From: Salisapilia sapeloensis CBS 127946 | Lineage: Eukaryota; Protista; Oomycota | NCBI GenBank assembly: GCA_023334545.1 | Contig: JAADVB010000018.1 | Span: 62,001 to 126,000, forward strand | Reading direction: 5' to 3' | DNA: 64,000 nt | Shown here: positions 56,804-64,000 of the stretch, piece by piece | How the letters are laid out: each line of letters starts with the position of its first letter | Position numbering within the stretch: the first letter of the stretch is position 1 | Translations under genes and position numbers: made by a program | The notes under the pieces: model-generated | The model's database searches: none | Told to the model about the DNA's origin: nothing | What the model saw: only the letters and a program-made list of their open reading frames with translations

Positions 56804-58295
56804 AAGAGTTTAATACAGTTGGAAGCTTTAAATTGTGATCTGTTGTCGAAACAATGACGTATACGATCAATTACATCAAGATCTAGATGATTGTGCATAC
56901 TCTTTTGTGTCGATCGTATGGACGTGTTGGTACACTCGTGGCGCTTTTATGATTGCAGTGCGTGTAGGATGTTGCCAACTAGTATATCCAGAATAAATGA
57001 CGAGTAAGAACGTTGAGGTATAAAATCAGAAGAATTGTTTCTCAATATCAGAAGGTGAGCTCAAGTCCGGACTAGCGTTGCATGTACCCGGGATCCTTTG
57101 CAGCAATTGGTGTCAGCTGTAGGCGTCGAAAGTGGCGTATGCGTATACGAAGCAGCTTCGCTAGTAAAATGAGAAACGCTACAATACCAGTGTGCTTGAA
57201 GTAGTTGAGATTTGGTGAGATGCATGCAGCGAGATACATGCGTGTTTCTTGTATATAGGTAGCTGTGCAAGGTGAGTATTTGTACAAAGTGAGGACAGGA
57301 CGAAAAGGCGCGATAAGTACTGTTGATGTCTCTACGATCGTAACTGGCCACATTGCACAGATTTGGTACCGCTGTCAATTGATCCGTTCGGATAGGATTT
57401 GGCTTCAAGCGTTGGGACTAGGACTCAGTTCAGCCTCGCCTTTCTTTGATGTGCAGTCAACGATTTTGGTAAGCAAATCAAAAAGGTAATGCTCATCCCT
57501 GCCTTCAAGAAAAGAAGTAGAGCTAGCTTAAAGCCAACAGAGCAATTAATCATAGAAAATCTACTGGTAATCATTTAGTAGATGTACGTGCTGATTATAT
57601 ATAGAGAGTCGCTGGCTTGTATGGGGCTTGCGCACTTGAGTTCGTACCGACCAGTCCAGAAATAGCAATCTAGTTTATCTATTCAAGCAAACGGCATTCT
57701 GACTCTAGATCCAGACTACTTCGCCTCAACCGGCACGACAAAAAATATACAAACGGCTTTTCTGTACCCGACGCCTTTGAAAAGTCTACGCAACCTTTTA
57801 CTAAGCACGCCGAACGTCGAGATAGAGGCAGTAGGAACGGTTACGCAAAATTATCGACATCGTACGTATCTTGCGTATGCAATGGTACCAAAATTATGCT
57901 GGGCGTGATCTTCGCACGATACCCACTGACTACATCGTCTGAATCACATGGAAACCTGGGATAGCAAGTATGGTAGAAAAGTGGTGACTAGGTAGACGAA
58001 CCAAGAAGCTTCTTCAGCCCAGTGCCACGTGCGGATCTTCGGGACACGTCCTTCCTCTAGGATCGTCCGCTTGCATGCATCAAACGGATTTTCCCTCCGA
58101 GGCGCCAGGTCCATCCGGGTCCAATCACCTGCTGATAACCGACACAATCGAACACCGGATCTGTCATTCCAGTCGGTCTAATCTATCCGGACCACATTGT
58201 TATCATTTCTAAGCCGCACTCACCTACGCACGTTTGCAGCGTTTCTAGCGACTCCACTGCACACGTAGAAGTTTTGGGAGTCGACAAAAAAAGAA

Positions 58296-60311
58296 ATGGA
58301 CGTCCACGCGGTCAAGTTCCCACTCGACACCGGACGGCTGCCTCGTGTGCTCTTGAGTGCGCCGACGATTCGCAGTCTCAAGGAGACCGCCGAGCGCGAG
58401 ATCGGTGATGTTCTGGAGGACCCGACGTCCTGGTACTTTCGCTTCTTCGAGTTTCGAGACATGTACAAGCAGTCTTATGACAAGAACGGCATTAAAGGGT
58501 ACTCGCAAAGGAAAAAGCCCGGCACGTCCGATTCCGTCGCTCGATTCCAGTCACTCTCGTCGTCTGGTTCCTCATTGAGCAAGACTTCAAGCGGATTCAA
58601 TTCGGTCGGTGAAGTCCATGCACTATGTGAGACTCAACTCACGTTGACAGAAAAGGACGTGATCAATGCGCTGCACTGTGAAGACACGCACCAATTGCGT
58701 ATTCTAGGCTCGTACCTCTACGACGACCAATTCCTAGATGCAGCCGTCTTATGGAAAGACAAGACACATACGCCTGATGAGCATGACCCGTTCCGTTTCG
58801 CTGGCATCACCTGGTTCTGTATTGACTCGCCAGCGCTAAGTAGTGACGGTCCGCGTGATCTGATCGAGTTCCGGTATCACGTACGGACATTTGATAACGA
58901 AGGACGACGCGTCCTTGTCCGGTACGTCCGGCCGCTGGAACTGGACTTGACACAGGATCGATTTAAGGAGCACAGTCTCGGCATCGGTCGTTTCCACTTG
59001 TCCATGATGGACGTATTTCGGGAAGACAAAGGTCAGGTCGTGTATCGTGGATGCGGAACTCTGGACTGTGGCGACCCGAAAGCCATGAACCTCTTCTTCC
59101 GATCATATCAGTACATTATTCCTTTGTCGGAACTTCGAGCGTTATCTGCTGCTGGTCTACTGCCTACTCTCGCCCAACAGGCCAACAGCAATCGTCGTAC
59201 AAAGTCCAGCAAAGAGATTGCAAAGAACGCCAAGGACTGTAATGTATGCCACAAGAAGCTCGGGGGTATCCTTCGATCGAATAAGAAACCTGTCGAGTGT
59301 CTTGGATGTGAGCACGCCGTGTGTGGCAAATGTACTGCCGATGTCAAATTCGTCAGCTTATCATCCAAACGTTCTCCAGGAGACGGAGGTTACCACGTGA
59401 AGCATGAAAAGTTCTGTCTACGTTGCATCATCCAGGCACGAGACAAGCTAGGAAAGCAAGCTGCTGGTACCTTCAACCCCTCGTCAGTGTTTGACGTAGA
59501 GAAGAGTCCGTCGGCTGAAGAGAATGCATGGCCGACGCAGGAGCAATGGGAATCCCATCAACGCAATGTTTCGGCCAGCAGAAGTCTCAGTGGCAGTAAC
59601 AACCAAGCTCTTGAAGCTTCTGTATCTTCTACATCCAGTGCAGGGTCTGTCACTGGCGGGAATAGTAAACTCTCTCTCTGGATGCCTGCTTCTCAGGGCA
59701 AGAAGAAAGATTCGCACCAAAAGTGGTCGTACGTCAAGCCGGAGAAAACGACAGGAACTCCGACAAAACATGCTAATGGCAACACTAACTCGAGTACTCG
59801 GGTACCTAGCAACGTCAGTGCGGAACGTGGTCGCTCTAGCTCTCAAAACGATGGCACGGAGAGATCTGGATCGAGCTTATCTAAGAAGAAATCTTCAGTC
59901 GAGATCGATCCCAAGTTGAATGGCCTCGTGGCGACGAGCAAGCACAGCTATGAATCAAGTGATTCTGTGCAGGATCGACTGAACCAGCTAACTATGTCTC
60001 CAACGAACAAGAGCTCACTGCAATCGAGCGGAACAGCATCTCCCACGAATAAGAACTCGTTACGGTCAAGTGGAGCGACGTCACCGACCTCGTCAAGAGG
60101 TGGAAGCTCATCGTCCTATGGCTCGGACACATTCCATAAAATGAATGAATCGATTGCGGCACAAGAAGCGATGCTGAACATGCTAAAGAAGGAAACGCAG
60201 CGGTACATGGGCGGTTCGCGTGGACGTGGCGAAAGCAGAACGACTGGCGATCCGATGATCACGCATGCGGTCCAGGAAAGCACGATGGACCGATTTGAAG
60301 AGCTCGATTAA
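58296..60311 (+). CDS. START-like + degenerate FYVE zinc-finger protein with Ser-rich tail (oomycete-type family)
   Basis: FLDAAVLW...PFRFAGITWF...PRDLIEF (START-like); CNVCHKKL...CLGCEHAVCGKC...FCLRC (FYVE-like 8 Cys). Confidence 0.85.
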   Translation: MDVHAVKFPLDTGRLPRVLLSAPTIRSLKETAEREIGDVLEDPTSWYFRFFEFRDMYKQSYDKNGIKGYSQRKKPGTSDSVARFQSLSSSGSSLSKTSSGFNSVGEVHALCETQLTLTEKDVINALHCEDTHQLRILGSYLYDDQFLDAAVLWKDKTHTPDEHDPFRFAGITWFCIDSPALSSDGPRDLIEFRYHVRTFDNEGRRVLVRYVRPLELDLTQDRFKEHSLGIGRFHLSMMDVFREDKGQVVYRGCGTLDCGDPKAMNLFFRSYQYIIPLSELRALSAAGLLPTLAQQANSNRRTKSSKEIAKNAKDCNVCHKKLGGILRSNKKPVECLGCEHAVCGKCTADVKFVSLSSKRSPGDGGYHVKHEKFCLRCIIQARDKLGKQAAGTFNPSSVFDVEKSPSAEENAWPTQEQWESHQRNVSASRSLSGSNNQALEASVSSTSSAGSVTGGNSKLSLWMPASQGKKKDSHQKWSYVKPEKTTGTPTKHANGNTNSSTRVPSNVSAERGRSSSQNDGTERSGSSLSKKKSSVEIDPKLNGLVATSKHSYESSDSVQDRLNQLTMSPTNKSSLQSSGTASPTNKNSLRSSGATSPTSSRGGSSSSYGSDTFHKMNESIAAQEAMLNMLKKETQRYMGGSRGRGESRTTGDPMITHAVQESTMDRFEELD

Positions 60312-60410
60312 GAGTTGTGCATCTTGAGTAGTGTGAATTGCTTTTAGGAAATAAAAAAACATAATGTCTTTTTGACATTTTATATATATGGAATACGCTC
60401 TACATGTAAA

Positions 60411-62300
60411 TTAATCATCGATCGTTTCGATGTCAGTGTTCAAGTGTGCTCGAGTCTTTTGCGCCATCATTCGTCGAAGGAGACGTTCTTGAGCTGAAAG
60501 CGCTTCTTGTACTCGGATGAACGACGACGGCATGAAATTCTCTTTGTCACTCGATTGTTCATATAGCACGGTGTGGTTTTCCGGTCGACTCCATTCGTCC
60601 GAAGTCGACTTGAGGTTTCGATATCGCATTGCCATGGATTGGGACAAGTGGAAGGTAGCTAGCTCTTCATCGGGTGTAGTGGACGATACATCTGGACTGG
60701 CAAATGATGTTGTAGTCGATTGCGTCTCGTATTGGATGGAATCCACGTCGGAGTAGATTGAGGTAGTCGAGGCCACGGTGCTGTGAGTCGTAGCCGACGG
60801 AACACGACATTTTTTCTGAGGTTGGCAATTCGAGTCAATCGACAACGATGCGTTACTTTCCACTATGAACGGTTCGCAACTGTCCGAGCTACTACTGAAG
60901 GACTGTTCACTCGATAGCATCGACAGCGACTCTAATTTCGGTAGCTCTGGCATTCCTTGTGTCAGAAGCTTTATCCGAAAGTCCTGAATACATTGCACGC
61001 AAAACTTTTCCCTCACAGCGACATCCGTGTTTCCGTGTCTGGATGGCAAAGGCCGTTTGGACTCTGGTAAAAGGTGTGTCTGGATTCCCAGATCCACGCT
61101 GCAGCTTTGGCACATGAGGTCGGCACAAGCAGAACAGTTGTGTCGCGGACGGAGGCGGACGAAAGCCAACAAACAGACTTTGCACACAGGTCTACTGTTC
61201 GGAGCCTTGAACGGTCGATCCGTGATGTACTCCTTGGCCATGATATACCTCGCATCAGAAGCAGTGCCGAGTCTGGATGCGTACATGGCAAAGGCTGATT
61301 CGATACGGTCACCTAGCCAGTTCGGTGTATGCACTGCGTCTCCTCGGAAATGTAGTGACATTTTGATCGTGGAATCGAGCACATGAGTTTTGTCCGTCGG
61401 AGTAAAAAGTTGTAGATACTTCAAGTCTGGTTTCGCGAACTTGAATGGAGTGGGTGTGCACGTGGGATAGTCGTCGAGATCAATAGATGTCATAGATCTG
61501 GCAATGATCGTCCGACCACGAGGACTGACGATTTTCTGACAAACGTCCAAATAGACAATTTCGATGCGAGTGGAAACGTTGGCATCGACTGTCCATTGCA
61601 AAGCCATCCACTTGACCATGCAAAAGTCAAAGGGAGATTCATCTGTCGGAGCTTGGTGCACTTGAAGAACGGCAGCGTCCAAGAAGCTGGATTCAAACAG
61701 ATGTGCAAGAGAGCAACGCAATGTATCCGTGGTGTCTGCATTAATACCCCACGCGAGGCGTTTCATGTCTGTACGAACTGAGCATCGGATGCGCATCTCT
61801 TCAAACGGACTGACTTTGGACTTGAGTCGATGCACTGTGATGTTTGTCTTCTTGTCAGTCAGTTTCTTCCACTGGTAACCTCGAGGCACGGGGGAAGCTC
61901 TTGTCGGGTCTTTTGCCCAGATATGATCGTTTGAGGACGCTTGTCGAAGTTGGTCGAGAGCATTTGTTTGGAAAGTTTCGATCACTCTTGGAGGAAGATT
62001 TAAGACCGGGAGATTCTTCCGAGAGTGGAGTGGAAACCGAAATGCTTTTCCCGTGTCGAGCACCTTGATGATACGTCCAGTCGTCGGTTTCGTCCGACGG
62101 CCGAGCCGATGACTTGTTGACGCTCCCGAGGATCCAGTAGAGTGCTTGCTCGCATAAGACTTTTCCATGTGATCTGGAATAAAGGAGGGCGCTCGGACAC
62201 TAAAGATGGCGCTTGCTCGAGCGCTGTAGGTGCTTCCGCTGCTGCTGCTACTATTGGAATGCTTTCGTTCCATTATAATCGAGGGCACCGGCGATCTCAT
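60411..62300 (-). CDS. START-like + FYVE-like zinc-finger protein, paralog of the neighbour
   Basis: FLDAAVLQV...PFDFCMVKWMA; CKVCLLAF...RHNCSACADLMCQSC...FCVQC. Confidence 0.85.
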   Translation of the reverse strand: MRSPVPSIIMERKHSNSSSSSGSTYSARASAIFSVRAPSFIPDHMEKSYASKHSTGSSGASTSHRLGRRTKPTTGRIIKVLDTGKAFRFPLHSRKNLPVLNLPPRVIETFQTNALDQLRQASSNDHIWAKDPTRASPVPRGYQWKKLTDKKTNITVHRLKSKVSPFEEMRIRCSVRTDMKRLAWGINADTTDTLRCSLAHLFESSFLDAAVLQVHQAPTDESPFDFCMVKWMALQWTVDANVSTRIEIVYLDVCQKIVSPRGRTIIARSMTSIDLDDYPTCTPTPFKFAKPDLKYLQLFTPTDKTHVLDSTIKMSLHFRGDAVHTPNWLGDRIESAFAMYASRLGTASDARYIMAKEYITDRPFKAPNSRPVCKVCLLAFVRLRPRHNCSACADLMCQSCSVDLGIQTHLLPESKRPLPSRHGNTDVAVREKFCVQCIQDFRIKLLTQGMPELPKLESLSMLSSEQSFSSSSDSCEPFIVESNASLSIDSNCQPQKKCRVPSATTHSTVASTTSIYSDVDSIQYETQSTTTSFASPDVSSTTPDEELATFHLSQSMAMRYRNLKSTSDEWSRPENHTVLYEQSSDKENFMPSSFIRVQEALSAQERLLRRMMAQKTRAHLNTDIETIDD

Positions 62301-62833
62301 GCAAAATGAAGAATGAGCGTTCGCACGCTAATCAGTCTCTACACAGGTGATTCGCAGACCTATCGCTCTCTGTTTGCGTTGAGTTTGTTACACGTCAGCT
62401 GGCCAATAGCACCACCTAAGTCTTTTCCCATCCATCATAGCCTGGACGGTCGTGCGAATCAAGTGCCGAGAATTTAACTATCAGACCAGAAACTTGGTGG
62501 ACCTGCGCACGCCCATAGAGTATGCGAAGATATGTATCCAAATTCGATGGCTTGATGGGATTCTGCTAATGCTAGAAACCATTTGGTAACCCAGGACAGA
62601 TTATAGTACCGCTTGGGTATCTTATCTGTCTAATCCGCTTGACTGCTTTGTCCATTTCAACGACTTAATGATCTTATCTATCTAGTCGGAAATTTCTTCC
62701 ATCTAGGCTTGGACTGTGGAGAAGATCTAAGCTTGAAGGATGGAGAAGAGAAGAATTATGGGATCAGAAGCTACTCCATAGTTGGGTCTGACTGATCCTA
62801 GAAAGTCAAAGGAAGATGGGCACAAATGTAACA

Positions 62834-63412
62834 TTATACAGTCAAGTTGAGTATAGGCTCTTTCGTGATTGACGTTTCGTCCATGTGCAGCATTCGTGGC
62901 TCTGGTCGAAAAGAGAGACCGTGACGTCGTAAAAATCCCTCTCGCCATGTACCCGAGGCGCCGAAAGCGGAGCGGGAGAAGCCTCTCTTCGCAGCGATTT
63001 CCAATGCTTTCGCACTTAATTGAGCGGGCGATACATTATCACCAGCCGCATGGCGCTCTTGAATCCACTTGACCAATGCGTTTTCATCCTCATCACTTAA
63101 TGTCTTGCCGTCGCCGAGTCGTCGCATACGCAATAGCCGGGCAGACTTGACAGTGCCACACATTGCCATGATCCGGTCTTTGTCCTTAACCCATCGGTAG
63201 ATCGCTCGTTTCTTATTCCGCCTCGCTTGGTCACTCAGGTCATCGTAAAAGTGATCCACTGTTTGGGTAATGTCTCGACACTCTTCCAGGTACTCGATCA
63301 CGGCTCGACGATGTTCAAACGATGTAGACGGGCGCAGGAACCGCGTGGCCTTCTTCCCTTCACTCGCCTCCGTCGTCCTTCCACGCATTTTGTGTTCTTT
63401 CTGAGTACGCAA
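62834..63412 (-). CDS. Pogo/Tc5-derived DNA-binding protein (Brinker-like HTH + CENP-B/Tc5 HTH) lacking a DDE domain
   Basis: RRAVIEYL...KKRAIYRW (first HTH); LSDEDENALVKWIQERHAAGDNVSPAQLSAKALEIA...FGASGTWREGFLRRHGLS (CENP-B/Tc5 HTH). Stops about 20 aa later. Confidence 0.82.
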   Translation of the reverse strand: MRTQKEHKMRGRTTEASEGKKATRFLRPSTSFEHRRAVIEYLEECRDITQTVDHFYDDLSDQARRNKKRAIYRWVKDKDRIMAMCGTVKSARLLRMRRLGDGKTLSDEDENALVKWIQERHAAGDNVSPAQLSAKALEIAAKRGFSRSAFGASGTWREGFLRRHGLSFRPEPRMLHMDETSITKEPILNLTV

Positions 63413-63646
63413 GTGGAAGCTGATTGGTTTGATTAGATACCTTTCTTAAACTTGCCAATCAAGGTGGATAATCATACCAGTTTAGTAGATGATAATTGCA
63501 TACAAAGAGCAAGATACACTAAAAGCTACTTTACGAGACACGAAACCCATCACGACGTTATCTTCTCATGCGTCCGATCGAGGACCTTTCATTCCATCCA
63601 CTTTATCTATAACCTTGTGCCTTGTAAAGGCTTATTTGCCATTCTA

Positions 63647-64000
63647 ATGCAACATCCCAATCCATCTCTTGGGCATATGCACGAAGATGAAGAAGAAAAT
63701 GAACCGAACCTTTCGTATTTCCTACCAAATGGCATCACAGAGGACTCGCCACCCAAGCCAAGTACTCGACTTTCCGAACCTAGTTTCGGTCCAATCGGTG
63801 GTCGTGCATCTTGGAATCAACCATCGAATGGCACTACACAAAGCATGCATCTCCTTGATGAAGGCTTTTCGTCCTTTCGACTACATCCAGAGTCCCATCC
63901 GAATCAATTCTTTCTTCCATCACCTACTTCCACCTCATACGGGTACCAAGGCCAACGTCCTCCAACCTCTAGATTCTTTCCTGACCGCAGACAAGTTGAT
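63647..64000 (+). CDS. Partial ORF (5' end of a gene running off the window), Pro/Ser-rich
   Basis: Manual translation MQHPNPSLGHMHEDEEENEPNLSYFLPNGI... is open to position 64000; not in the ORF track. Confidence 0.55.
   Translation, partial: MQHPNPSLGHMHEDEEENEPNLSYFLPNGITEDSPPKPSTRLSEPSFGPIGGRASWNQPSNGTTQSMHLLDEGFSSFRLHPESHPNQFFLPSPTSTSYGYQGQRPPTSRFFPDRRQVD

Noticed and set aside
56900-58200. Short ORFs 57061-57408, 57072-57353, 57265-57489, 57944-58147
   Set aside because: Overlapping, without coherent protein-like features or motifs; treated as intergenic or promoter sequence. No RNA gene or hairpin was evident by eye.
62700-63500. Intact pogo/Tc5 transposon
   Set aside because: No DDE domain, TIRs or TA target duplication noticed; recorded only as a transposase-derived gene.

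Overview
Gene-dense eukaryotic DNA (mid-GC, many short GT-AG introns of about 45-140 nt, often only 35-100 nt between convergent genes). It is most consistent with a flagellated oomycete or close stramenopile relative, based on START+FYVE paralogs, RPS28 ending [17 protein letters not shown]-like motifs and axonemal genes; the taxon is an inference. About 28 protein-coding genes are supportable. The ORF track splits many of them at introns and uses non-ATG starts, so gene models were re-joined by hand. Housekeeping or recognisable genes: DHHC palmitoyltransferase, anthranilate synthase component II-type amidotransferase, papain-family protease, LIS1, RPS28, KATNAL2, DNAL4, CTL/SLC44 transporter, TMEM115-like, PRPP synthetase, GCP2, RCC1-BTB, thaumatin-like protein. 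Most unusual elements: (i) two giant secreted repeat proteins (about 3,220 aa and 3,690 aa) with Calx-beta plus pentraxin/laminin-IV-like or FG-GAP/levanase-type modules; (ii) a Yar1-like ankyrin fused to a METTL21-type lysine methyltransferase with a MYND finger inserted in the catalytic fold; (iii) a stand-alone fatty acyl-AMP ligase-ACP didomain ending in a CaaX-like tail; (iv) an intronless five-repeat Cys protein resembling a fungal family (HGT candidate); (v) a calpain-like pseudoprotease. No rRNA, tRNA, CRISPR array or intact transposon was seen. All domain calls come from motif recognition by eye, not database searches.
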